The notes under the pieces are model-generated. The model was not told where the DNA came from, did not search any database, and saw only the letters and a program-made list of their open reading frames with translations. This document shows positions 40,656-50,093 of a stretch of DNA of 64,000 nt, in pieces. The position numbers and the translations under genes were made by a program. Source of the DNA: an uncultured Gammaproteobacteria bacterium (GTDB lineage: Bacteria; Patescibacteriota; Microgenomatia; UBA10105; UBA927); contig CAYLQG010000001.1 of NCBI GenBank assembly GCA_964385705.1, forward strand, positions 831 to 64,830, written 5' to 3'. The first letter of the stretch is position 1, and each line of letters starts with the position of its first letter.

Positions 40656-41419
40656 TGAACGCAAATGACACATTAATTATAGAAAATCTTTCTCACGCAT
40701 TCGACGGAAACGACGGGGAATCCATATCGGTCCTGGACAAAATATCCCTCAAAGTACCTCATGGGAAGATCGTAAGCATTATTGGCCCGAGTGGCTGCGG
40801 AAAAAGTACGCTTCTCGATTGCATCTCAGGCCTAATTACTCCAAATGAAGGTACGATATGCTATAAAGGAAATTCCTTCGTTGGGAAGCACGAAATTAGC
40901 TACATGACACAAAGCGCAGCAATGCTTCCATGGAGAAAAATAATCGACAACTTAACCCTCCCAATGGAAATACAAAAAGTTCCCCTATCTTCGGCTAGAA
41001 AAGAGGCTATGAGCCTTCTGGAAGAATTTAATTTAGAAAAATGGGCTGATTATTACCCCCACACATTATCTGGCGGCATGCTCCAAAGAGTATCTTTGCT
41101 CAGGGCGTATTTATCTAAAAAAGAAATAATGGTACTGGATGAACCATTTAGCAAATTAGACGCTCTTACCAAGTTACAGATCCAGGAATGGTTTTTACGA
41201 GTATGGCAAAAACATAAAAAAACTGTCATATTCGTGACTCACGATATTGAGGAAGCTCTTATTATTTCGGATAGTATTTACGTTTTCTCCAAACGCCCAG
41301 CTCATATTTTAAAAATTATAAAAATTCCTTTTGTTCGCCCGCGTACTATAGCTCTATCTGCAAATAAAGATTATTTAAAATTAAAAACTCAACTGCTTCA
41401 GATGTTCGTTGGTGACTAA
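40655..41419 (+). CDS. ABC ATP-binding protein, ThiZ/SsuB-like
   Basis: GPSGCGKST, LSGGM, LDEPF, VTHDIEEA. Confidence 0.93.
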   Translation: MNANDTLIIENLSHAFDGNDGESISVLDKISLKVPHGKIVSIIGPSGCGKSTLLDCISGLITPNEGTICYKGNSFVGKHEISYMTQSAAMLPWRKIIDNLTLPMEIQKVPLSSARKEAMSLLEEFNLEKWADYYPHTLSGGMLQRVSLLRAYLSKKEIMVLDEPFSKLDALTKLQIQEWFLRVWQKHKKTVIFVTHDIEEALIISDSIYVFSKRPAHILKIIKIPFVRPRTIALSANKDYLKLKTQLLQMFVGD

Positions 41420-42393
41420 AGGGTTGCTTTCACATCAAGATAATTGATCGTCTCCTCAGCAATATTAGCGATATAGCCGCGCATCCGTTCAAGACTATCC
41501 TCAATGAGGATATTAATTGAGGACGTATCATGTATTTTATGGTTAATGAAGGCATTTTTCTGCAGCATATCGTACATATCGATAATCTTATGTGCAAACC
41601 GCTTATCCATCTGCGTCACCGTTTTCTTGAGTAAGTCAAAATATTCAAAAAGTCTCTTCATATTGGCATATTCAAATTTATTGAGTGTTACGTTTTCTTT
41701 TTGCTTCAATAAAATTATCGTGTTTGCAACCCGCACAATATGATCGGCAATCCGTTCAAGCCGCACGGCGACGAGTTCATAATAATGAAGATCGACAAGC
41801 GGCAAGTCCGTCGACTTCTCAGGGGCTATCGTATGAAGCATCCCGTTAAATTGCCGGAGGATCATTAACTCGATCCGGTCGACCTCAACATCACGTTCGA
41901 TGATATCACGGGCCAATTTCCGGTCAGAGGTCTCGACCGAACGTACAATATCATGAAACATGGACGAAACCATATCAAGCATCTTTATCGTATATTGGGC
42001 TGCTGTTATGGTCGGACTTGCAACGTTCTTAAGTAAAATTCGGGATGAGGTTTCTTCAAACAATTCAAAACCGATGAGTTTGTAACAAACTGAACGGACG
42101 AGGGTTCGCTGTTCGTATGTTATGGATCTCGCCAATACCGCTATCTCATCAGCACCCGATACGTAAAGACCGATCAATTCACGGAGAATGTGACTGTCGG
42201 AAAGATAATCGATGGAAAGAGCGGCAGATCTCACCGTTATCGCTTTACTTGGACGGATGATGAGAACATCGGAGGAGACGCGGCTTAATTCAACGATACC
42301 CTTCGTATCAAGCCCCTGGTGGAGAACCCAATCCTTTGGGAGTGTAACGATATAACTGGATCCTCCTGTCTTTTGAATATTTCTTTTGTCCAT
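41416..42393 (-). CDS. Phosphate uptake regulator, AbrB-PhoU architecture (archaeal-type)
   Basis: Start trimmed to MDKRNIQKTGGSSYIVTLPKDWV (AbrB/SpoVT domain); RDVEVDR and LERIADH PhoU motifs. Confidence 0.88.
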   Translation of the reverse strand: MDKRNIQKTGGSSYIVTLPKDWVLHQGLDTKGIVELSRVSSDVLIIRPSKAITVRSAALSIDYLSDSHILRELIGLYVSGADEIAVLARSITYEQRTLVRSVCYKLIGFELFEETSSRILLKNVASPTITAAQYTIKMLDMVSSMFHDIVRSVETSDRKLARDIIERDVEVDRIELMILRQFNGMLHTIAPEKSTDLPLVDLHYYELVAVRLERIADHIVRVANTIILLKQKENVTLNKFEYANMKRLFEYFDLLKKTVTQMDKRFAHKIIDMYDMLQKNAFINHKIHDTSSINILIEDSLERMRGYIANIAEETINYLDVKATL

Positions 42394-42762
42394 ACTATAC
42401 ATCTCTATACACGTATATATGTCACTATATAGTGAGCCAATTAGCTTGTTTATATGCCGTATATTCAATAGTTGGTTATTAACACCTTATAGTAATCTTC
42501 TTATATTCTCTTCTCTATAATTATTCTACTCTGTCAGTAGATCATAAATGAAATATATAGTCAACACAAAAAATATAGTAAATTTAGAAGCGTATATACG
42601 GGCTTATATCTGCTTTGGTCTCGTTATTCACGGCGATAACAATAAAACCGACAATAGGGTCGGCGAAAATAATCGTTTTATTAAAGGAGATGGGGTCACC
42701 CGCATCCTGTCTCCTAATCGAAATGAGGAATAAACAGTTTTCATTACCCTTCTGGTAACCTC

Positions 42763-43737
42763 TCAGTTGGTAAAATCCTGCGTGACCATGATGCCCCACG
42801 AGGCAGTAGAAATGATGCCGATCCCTACTTTATGAAACGCCGGATCAAGAATATTTTTCTTGTGTTCGGGGCTGTTCATGAGACCCGTATGTGCAGTCAT
42901 AAGATCCGGTGCATAAGCCAAATTTTCCCCCGCCGATGTGAATACAACTCCGCCTTCATGCATACGATCCGCAGGCGTTTGCCCTTCGGGCGAGTTATGA
43001 GCGAAATACCGGCGTTCGAACATATCACGGCTGTGCGCACGCGCAACAGCTATGAGCGCATCAGACATCGTGAGCGGACCCACGCCTGCCTTTGATCTTT
43101 CGCCGTTGACTAATATGAGCATTTTCTGCTCGTCGGCGATGTCAACCTCAAGATCTGACGATTTGGGGGCAATATTCAGATTCAGCGTCTCGTCGGACTT
43201 GGGATCAATTGTCATGAATTTAACGGCCTGTTCCTGCACCTGGTTCAGCGTGGATTCAATCGGACCACCATATTTTTCTGTTGTTGCCACTAAAAATCCT
43301 CCGATCGTCGATGCCCGGATATCGTTTTTTATCGTTCCCCGAAGAGGAAGAGCAGTTATGACAAGAAGAAAAAATATTACAAGAAGAAATCCATTCACTA
43401 CGGACAATATGGCGCCTAACCAATTATTTGCTTTTGATTTCATAATCTTATCGGGAATACGGCTAATAAGCGCAAATAATATTTGTGATATAAACATCTC
43501 AGCGATAAGCGCTACAGTGATATACCCAAGGACATTGCTCCACGCCGGTACGATGCCGAATTTTTCCGTCAAAAATGCCGACACCGGCTGATGTGTCATG
43601 ACTGCAAGCCACAACGCGATAGCAAATGAGATAAAACTCGCGCCGAGCGGTATCATTCCGGCACTCCACCCTTCATATGCGTGATACAGAAGAATAATGA
43701 TAATGACCCAATCTATCCAGTTCAGTTGCATATACAC
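42763..43737 (-). CDS. CvpA-family membrane domain fused to a CAP/SCP domain
   Basis: NWIDWVII TM domain; LVNGER, ARAHSRDM, YFAH, GENLA, LMNSPEH. Confidence 0.88.
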   Translation of the reverse strand: MYMQLNWIDWVIIIILLYHAYEGWSAGMIPLGASFISFAIALWLAVMTHQPVSAFLTEKFGIVPAWSNVLGYITVALIAEMFISQILFALISRIPDKIMKSKANNWLGAILSVVNGFLLVIFFLLVITALPLRGTIKNDIRASTIGGFLVATTEKYGGPIESTLNQVQEQAVKFMTIDPKSDETLNLNIAPKSSDLEVDIADEQKMLILVNGERSKAGVGPLTMSDALIAVARAHSRDMFERRYFAHNSPEGQTPADRMHEGGVVFTSAGENLAYAPDLMTAHTGLMNSPEHKKNILDPAFHKVGIGIISTASWGIMVTQDFTN

Positions 43738-43745
43738 TTCATCTT

Positions 43746-44102
43746 TTATTGTAACTGATATTTATAGTAGGCGCTGCATTCCTGATTGTGTTCTGCTTTA
43801 AGCGCGCGGAAATCGCGACTTAAAGGTCGTATCATTCCAACCACGCCCGCTATAATCGTATTTGAATACGCCGCAATTTTACTTGAACTTGTCGCTGCGG
43901 TAATACAATCACCCAGATCGAGTAAGACACCCGTTTTTTGATCGCAAATATCTTCAGTTTCTAATCCCCCTGAAGCATTAAAATTTATGGTATTTATTGC
44001 GCTATCGGCAGTATCATAACAGGCTTTCTCCTTGCGTATCATAGGAAATAAGAGGATGAATCCAGCGATAAGTATTAGTATGAAAACAATGAAAACTTTC
44101 AT
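43746..44102 (-). CDS. Small membrane-anchored Cys-containing hypothetical protein
   Basis: N-terminal TM and four Cys; closely spaced with its neighbours. Confidence 0.65.
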   Translation of the reverse strand: MKVFIVFILILIAGFILLFPMIRKEKACYDTADSAINTINFNASGGLETEDICDQKTGVLLDLGDCITAATSSSKIAAYSNTIIAGVVGMIRPLSRDFRALKAEHNQECSAYYKYQLQ

Positions 44103-44106
44103 AAAT

Positions 44107-44727
44107 TTATTGTACTATGTTCGACAAATCAAGGCTCCGCCAAAGAATTCTTGCTGCATAAGTGCGATATGGGGACCATTTCTTTGAAAGTTGTTCCATT
44201 CGCTTGACGGAGGGTTCTTTTTTTATTTGATATAGTTTCTGGATCGCCCGCTTGAGTCCGACGTCACCGAACGAAAAGACATCAGGGCGTCCCAGCGAAA
44301 ACATAAGAAACATTTCCGCGGTCCAGGGACCAATCCCCTTCAACTTGGTTAATTCGACAACTACCTCTCTATCGGATAATGACTCAAGCAAGTCGAGGTG
44401 AATTTCATTGGCGACTACACTTTTCGCGAGTGATTGTAAAAAATGCACTTTATTCCATGATGTACCAACCGCACGAATCTTATCTTCGGGAAGCTGAAGA
44501 AGAACTTCCGGTGATAAGATTTTATTAGGAAATAGTAATACAAAGCGTCCAAAAATTGTCGCAGCCGCCTTATCTGATAATTGCTGGTTGATAATCGCTT
44601 CGCACAGATCGGCAAAATAATCAGGGCTTTTGCGCGGACCTAAATCCTTCTCATCTTTCAAACGGTGTAGCGCGTCCGAAAGAACCGGGTCAACCATCGC
44701 AAAATGATCACGTATTTTTTTATGCAT
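44107..44727 (-). CDS. DNA-3-methyladenine glycosylase II (AlkA-like, HhH-GPD)
   Basis: IINQQLS.KAA, KGIGPWTAEM, GDVGL, WSPYRTYA. Confidence 0.92.
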   Translation of the reverse strand: MHKKIRDHFAMVDPVLSDALHRLKDEKDLGPRKSPDYFADLCEAIINQQLSDKAAATIFGRFVLLFPNKILSPEVLLQLPEDKIRAVGTSWNKVHFLQSLAKSVVANEIHLDLLESLSDREVVVELTKLKGIGPWTAEMFLMFSLGRPDVFSFGDVGLKRAIQKLYQIKKEPSVKRMEQLSKKWSPYRTYAARILWRSLDLSNIVQ

Positions 44728-44736
44728 ATCCTACTT

Positions 44737-44850
44737 GTCATTGCGAGCGATCCGCGGCCTGGCGGAGAGCGTGGCAATCCCACGATGAAGTAAAATCGCC
44801 GCGCCGTCTCCTTCGGCAGGCTCAGGATGTCGCCCTCGATAACCTCGGGC
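44737..44850. repeat. Composite REP-like element between divergent genes
   Basis: GTCATTGCGAGCG...GTGGCAATCC plus the hairpin TCCTTCGGCAGGCTCAGGAT (44809-44828), which is related to 11384-11405 and 60255-60276. Confidence 0.65.
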
Positions 44851-44919
44851 TCCGCTTGCTATTGTAATTTATCTCAGTGTACAATTTCCATATAGTGATA
44901 ATAGCTTAAGGAGGATTAT

Positions 44920-45381
44920 ATGAATGTACTACTCGTTTTTGCAACCAATTCCGGAACAACCATGACGACGGCTCAGACCATCAACGATAAGCTCGTAGCC
45001 GCAGGTCATCAGGTGACGATGAAAGAAGCCCGAGATGCAACCCCCGAGGAATTCGGCGCCCCGCAGGCGGTTGTGATCGGTTCACCGAGCTGGGATTTTG
45101 AAGGACATGAGGGTATGCCGCATGAGGATTGGCTCCCGCTGATGGAAAAGCTCAAGACGATGTCATTTGAAAATAAACCATTCGCCATTTTTGGCCTAGG
45201 CGACTCATCGTATAAACATTTTTGCGGTGCAGTCGACCATCTTGAGGAATTAGTTAAGACGATGAAGGGGAAACTCGTTGTCCCGTCACTTCGGATTGAT
45301 AAATTCTACAGCGATCAGACGGGAAATATGGATAAGATCAACGCCTGGGCGGATCAACTGGTTGCAGCACTAAAGGGATAA
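44920..45381 (+). CDS. Flavodoxin (short-chain)
   Basis: ATNSGTT, GSPSW, FGLGDSSYKHFCGA; strong SD AAGGAGG. Confidence 0.92.
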   Translation: MNVLLVFATNSGTTMTTAQTINDKLVAAGHQVTMKEARDATPEEFGAPQAVVIGSPSWDFEGHEGMPHEDWLPLMEKLKTMSFENKPFAIFGLGDSSYKHFCGAVDHLEELVKTMKGKLVVPSLRIDKFYSDQTGNMDKINAWADQLVAALKG

Positions 45382-45390
45382 AGTTGGAAA

Positions 45391-45415
45391 AGTCATTCTG
45401 GACAAGCCAGAATGA
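45391..45415. terminator. Perfect hairpin between the convergent flavodoxin gene and rpsG
   Basis: GTCATTCTGG-ACAAG-CCAGAATGAC. Confidence 0.6.
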
Positions 45416-45440
45416 CGACATTATTGAAGGATCGAACGAC

Positions 45441-45917
45441 TTACCACTTGAAGTGCGCAAATGCGCGGTTGGCCTCGGCCATGCGGTGTACGGTATCACG
45501 TCGTTTGATTGCTTCTCCCTGGCCCTTGGCGGCTTCCAAAAGTTCTACAGCAAGCTTTTCGGCAAATGTTTTATATTCGTGATTTGACCGCTTGCCGGCA
45601 AACTGGATAATCCATCGGATGGCAAGGGCTACCCTTCGGTCACCACGCACTTCAGTCGGGACTTGATAAGAAGCTCCCCCAACTCTGCGTGCGCGGACTT
45701 CCATCTTGGGCCCCACACCGTTTATTGCGCCCTCAAAAACTTTAATCGGATCTTCGCCTTTTTCTTTGATAATATCGAGCGCTTTGTAAACGACAAGTTC
45801 CGCCGTCCGTTTTTTGCCGCTAATCATCACCCGGTTAATAAAACGGGTTAAGAGGCGATTTCCGTAAACCGGATCTGCTGGTAACATTGGTCTCGTTGTT
45901 CTTCTGGATCTGCTCAT
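45441..45917 (-). CDS. rpsG: 30S ribosomal protein S7
   Basis: RRVGGASYQVP, HRMAEANRAFAH. Confidence 0.99.
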   Translation of the reverse strand: MSRSRRTTRPMLPADPVYGNRLLTRFINRVMISGKKRTAELVVYKALDIIKEKGEDPIKVFEGAINGVGPKMEVRARRVGGASYQVPTEVRGDRRVALAIRWIIQFAGKRSNHEYKTFAEKLAVELLEAAKGQGEAIKRRDTVHRMAEANRAFAHFKW

Positions 45918-45923
45918 AGGTTA

Positions 45924-46361
45924 TTAATTGGCTGCCGCGGTTGCGGGTCCTGTTGCGTTTTTCTTGGCTCCATAGCGACTTCTCCCCTGTCTGCGAGTTG
46001 CGACTCCAGTCATATCAAATTTTCCTCGGACTATATGATATTTCACACCGGGTAAATCCGGTACTCGACCTCCGCGAACCAGAACGATAGCATGCTCCGT
46101 AAGCTCATGTCCGATACCGGGAATATAGGCGGTGACTTCCTGTTTATTGGAAAGCCTGACCCTCGCTACTTTCCGAAGCGCTGAGTTCGGTTTTTTCGGT
46201 GTCATAGTCTTGACAAGCGTCACAACTCCCCGCTTGAACGGCGAGGGAAGCTGCTTGGTTATGCGGTCTTTTGCATTAAAAAACTTCCGCAGTGCGGTTG
46301 CTTTTATCTTTTTTGATTTACTGTGTCGGCCCTTCCGGACCAATTGATTTACTGTTGGCAT
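45924..46361 (-). CDS. rpsL: 30S ribosomal protein S12
   Basis: [28 protein letters not shown]. Confidence 0.99.
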   Translation of the reverse strand: MPTVNQLVRKGRHSKSKKIKATALRKFFNAKDRITKQLPSPFKRGVVTLVKTMTPKKPNSALRKVARVRLSNKQEVTAYIPGIGHELTEHAIVLVRGGRVPDLPGVKYHIVRGKFDMTGVATRRQGRSRYGAKKNATGPATAAAN

Positions 46362-46366
46362 ACGTA

Positions 46367-49300
46367 TTACGTTTGAATTCTCGCCCGTTCTGCGGACACC
46401 GGGATGAGTCTGCCGATTATAACGTTTTCCTTGAGACCCAGCAACTTATCTTCTTTTCCTGAAAGCGCAGCATCGGTCAAAACGTTGGTTGTCTCCTGGA
46501 AAGATGCGGCTGAAAGCCAGGATTCGGTGAAGAGCGACGCACGGGTAATACCGAGCATGACGATCTGTGCTGTTGCCGGTTCTCCGCCTTCTGAAAGCAC
46601 CCGTGAGTTCTCATCCTGGAAACGCATCCGGTCGACTAATTCTCCCGGAAGTAAAGTCGTGTCTCCGGACGAATCAATACGCACTTTATCACTCATCTTA
46701 CGGACGATAACTTCAAAATGCTTATCCGTAATCTGAATACCCTGTGACTCATACACGCGCTGTACTTCGGTAATAAGATATTTCTGTGCGCCACGAAGTC
46801 CACGGACCTGCAGTACTTCCTTAAGATCGAGATATCCCGTTGATAACTGATCACCGGCTGCGACCATATCGCCGTCAGCAACTTTAAGCTCACTGGTCAG
46901 CGGAATCACATATTCACGCTCTTCCGGCGGTTTCATCGCGGTATTGCGGATGCGCACATTGTAGCCTGATTCTGTTTCCGTCACTTCCGCTTTCCCGGCA
47001 ATCTCAGCTAGAGGCGAAAGCGTTCTCGGGGTCCGTGATTCAAAAAGTTCCTCAACACGCGGCAAGCCCTGGGTCACATCAAGTCCGACGATACCGCCTG
47101 CATGACGGACCCGCATGGTAAGCTGTGTACCGGGCTCTCCGATTGACTGGGCGGCAATAACACCGACCGGAGTTCCGAGTTCAACATGTGCATTGGTTGA
47201 AAAGTCACGGCCGTAACACTTGGCACACATACCAACCGGCGCCTGACAGGATATCGCCGAACGGACGAGAACCGACTCGACAGCGTGTTCATCGAGTAAT
47301 TTGACGTTTTCATCGGTCACTTCTTCACCTGCGGCGATCAAGACTTTTTTGCTATTCGGCGCCACGACATCTGCCGCAACGAACCTGCCAATGACACGGC
47401 TTCCGAACGATGCCTGACGGTCTTCTTTACGGAAAACTTCCCAGCCTTCGCTCGTTCCGCAGTCGTCGATTCTTATGATCATATCGTGGGACACGTCAAC
47501 AAGTCGTCGGGTAAGGTATCCTGCATCAGCGGTCTTAAGCGCTGAATCGGTAAGACCTTTACGGGAACCACGCGTACTGGTCACGTATTCGAAAATTGAG
47601 AGACCTTCACGGTAATTACTTTTTGTCGGAAGTTCGACGATCTTACCCAACGGATCAACAACCAATCCTTTGATAGCGGATAATTGCTTGAGTTGATCTT
47701 TTGATGCACGCGCACCGCCTGAATCGATAATCATCTTGACAGGATTACTCTCTGCCATCCGCTGCCAGGTGACGTCTGCAATCTTTTCCGTTACTTCGAT
47801 CCAGATTTCATTAGACAGCCGTTTCTTTTCCTCAAGCGTGATAAGACCCTGCTGATAATTTTGGTCGACTTCCTTGACTTTGACTTCCGCCTCTTTGACC
47901 ATTATGTGTTTCTCAGGAACCATCTCACAGTCAAATACGGAGACGGAAAGTCCACCACAAATCGTCGCACCCATGAATCCGATGTTTTTAATCGCATCGA
48001 TAATGGTGACGACTTCCTCTTTGGAATAGACGGAAAGCGCCTTCGTGATAATTGACTTAATGGATGCTGCTTTGACCGGTGTATTAATGAACCGGAGTTC
48101 GCTCGGCAACTTTTCGTTAAACATGACGCGTCCAACGGACGTCACAAGCCATGTATCGCCTACACGCAAACGAACCGGCTCACGCAGGGCCACCCGTTGC
48201 GACTGATAGGCAAAAATAAGATCCTGCTCATCACCATATGACGGCAGATCTTTGTCCTCTCTCTTTTCAAGCGTCGAATCAAGTGTGGTCAGATAGTAAC
48301 AACCCAATACCATTTCCTTGTTTGGAACGGTGATCGGAGATCCATCGGCGGGTTTAAGCAAGTTATGCGTCGGAAGCATCAAATGGATGGCTTCATGCTG
48401 ACTTTCACCGGATAAAGGGATGTGAACGGCCATTTGGTCTCCGTCAAAGTCGGCGTTATAACCGGCACAGACACACGGGTGGATCCGGATCGCTGATCCC
48501 TCAATAAGGATCGGGAAAAACGCCTGGATACCGAGTTTATGAAGGGTCGGCGCACGGTTAAGGAGTACCGGATGGTTCTTGGTAATTTCCTCAAGAATAT
48601 CAAAGACTTCCGGAGTTCTTCGCTCTAGAACGTTCTTTGCATTTTTGACGTTCGGCGCAATTCCACGAACAATAAGTTCACGGAGTACAAACGGCTTAAA
48701 CATCTCAAGAGCCATTTCTTTCGGAATGCCGCACTGAGTGAGGTTGAGTTCAGGCCCCACAACGATAACTGACCGGCCGGAATAATCAACGCGTTTTCCA
48801 AGCAAGTTCTGGCGGAACCGACCCTGCTTACCACGCAACATGTCAGAAAGTGATCGAAGAGGAGCAATAACAGCCCGTGAACTCGGACGCTGCGTCACAT
48901 CAATTAAGCTGTCGACAGCTTCCTGAAGCATGCGTTTTTCGTTTCTGAGAATAATCTCAGGCGCACCCAAATCCATAAGGTGTTTGAGACGATTGTTGCG
49001 GTTAATGACGCGGCGATAGAGATCGTTAAGATCGCTGGTTGCAAATCTTCCACCGGTTAACTGAACCATAGGACGGAGATCAGGCGGTATAACGGGAAGA
49101 TTCGATAAAATGACCCACGAAGGATTCACGGACGCTTTCCGCATGCCATCAACGACGCGAAGGCGTTTCGTTGCTTTAATATGCCTCTGTCCGCTCGTAT
49201 TTTGTATTTCTTCACGAAGATCGGCAGCGAGCTTATCCAGGTTTATATGTTTGATAACCTGCGAGACGGCCTCAGCACCCATACCGACCTCAAAACACTC

Positions 49301-50089
49301 AACTGCTTCGTATTCCAGAAGCCGTAGATATTCGTCCTCTGTCAGCGTCTGAAGCGGTTTAATCGCTTTGACGATAGAGATAAGAGAATCAACAATTTCC
49401 TTTATCTTTTCTTTTTCCTTCTCTGCCTGCTCATCAAGACCGGCAAGCTCCTGTCGCTCTTTTAGGGTAAGTTCGGAAACTGCGAGATCCTTTGCCTCTG
49501 CTCCGTTCACACGCTCCTTCACTGTCTCTTTTTCCGTCACAAATTGTTCATGTTTCGCATTTTTCTCTTCCTTAAGGCGGACTTCCGTCTCCGAAGATCG
49601 TGTTTTGCCGGAATCTGCAAGCCGCTCCAACACCTTTTTCTTTTTTTCTTCATCGACTGACGTCACGAGGTATTGAGCGAAGTAAATAACTTCCTCAAGC
49701 GCCCTGGGGCTAATATCCAGAAGTAATGAAAGCTTTGACGGTGCACCTTTGAAAAACCAGACGTGGGCAACGGGAGCCACGAGTGCGATATGGCCCATCC
49801 GTTCACGGCGGACTTTGCTTTGTGTGACTTCAACACCGCATTTATCGCAGACAATTCCCCGATATCTGATCCTCTTATATTTACCACAGTAACATTCCCA
49901 ATCTTTCGTAGGACCGAATATCCGCTCATCAAACAAGCCGTCTTTTTCCGGTTTAAGTGTACGATAATTGATCGTTTCAGGCTTCGTCACTTCGCCATGT
50001 GACCACCCCTTGATATCGTCGGGCGACGCGAGCATGACTTTGAGCCCGGTAAAATCAACGATATTGGCAAATGTAGATTTTTTATCCAT
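46367..50089 (-). CDS. rpoC: RNA polymerase beta' subunit
   Basis: NADFDGDQM active site, N-terminal Zn finger, [12 protein letters not shown]. Confidence 0.99.
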   Translation of the reverse strand: MDKKSTFANIVDFTGLKVMLASPDDIKGWSHGEVTKPETINYRTLKPEKDGLFDERIFGPTKDWECYCGKYKRIRYRGIVCDKCGVEVTQSKVRRERMGHIALVAPVAHVWFFKGAPSKLSLLLDISPRALEEVIYFAQYLVTSVDEEKKKKVLERLADSGKTRSSETEVRLKEEKNAKHEQFVTEKETVKERVNGAEAKDLAVSELTLKERQELAGLDEQAEKEKEKIKEIVDSLISIVKAIKPLQTLTEDEYLRLLEYEAVECFEVGMGAEAVSQVIKHINLDKLAADLREEIQNTSGQRHIKATKRLRVVDGMRKASVNPSWVILSNLPVIPPDLRPMVQLTGGRFATSDLNDLYRRVINRNNRLKHLMDLGAPEIILRNEKRMLQEAVDSLIDVTQRPSSRAVIAPLRSLSDMLRGKQGRFRQNLLGKRVDYSGRSVIVVGPELNLTQCGIPKEMALEMFKPFVLRELIVRGIAPNVKNAKNVLERRTPEVFDILEEITKNHPVLLNRAPTLHKLGIQAFFPILIEGSAIRIHPCVCAGYNADFDGDQMAVHIPLSGESQHEAIHLMLPTHNLLKPADGSPITVPNKEMVLGCYYLTTLDSTLEKREDKDLPSYGDEQDLIFAYQSQRVALREPVRLRVGDTWLVTSVGRVMFNEKLPSELRFINTPVKAASIKSIITKALSVYSKEEVVTIIDAIKNIGFMGATICGGLSVSVFDCEMVPEKHIMVKEAEVKVKEVDQNYQQGLITLEEKKRLSNEIWIEVTEKIADVTWQRMAESNPVKMIIDSGGARASKDQLKQLSAIKGLVVDPLGKIVELPTKSNYREGLSIFEYVTSTRGSRKGLTDSALKTADAGYLTRRLVDVSHDMIIRIDDCGTSEGWEVFRKEDRQASFGSRVIGRFVAADVVAPNSKKVLIAAGEEVTDENVKLLDEHAVESVLVRSAISCQAPVGMCAKCYGRDFSTNAHVELGTPVGVIAAQSIGEPGTQLTMRVRHAGGIVGLDVTQGLPRVEELFESRTPRTLSPLAEIAGKAEVTETESGYNVRIRNTAMKPPEEREYVIPLTSELKVADGDMVAAGDQLSTGYLDLKEVLQVRGLRGAQKYLITEVQRVYESQGIQITDKHFEVIVRKMSDKVRIDSSGDTTLLPGELVDRMRFQDENSRVLSEGGEPATAQIVMLGITRASLFTESWLSAASFQETTNVLTDAALSGKEDKLLGLKENVIIGRLIPVSAERARIQT

Positions 50090-50093
50090 AAAA

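Noticed and set aside
42548-42799. Short ORFs of 61 and 71 aa in the phoU-cvpA gap
   Set aside because: No recognisable features or convincing start signals; the region looks more like structured non-coding sequence.
18817-45440. Classical integron or prophage explanation for the accessory block
   Set aside because: No intI or phage genes and no regular attC-like palindromes; genes carry their own promoters and some are inverted.
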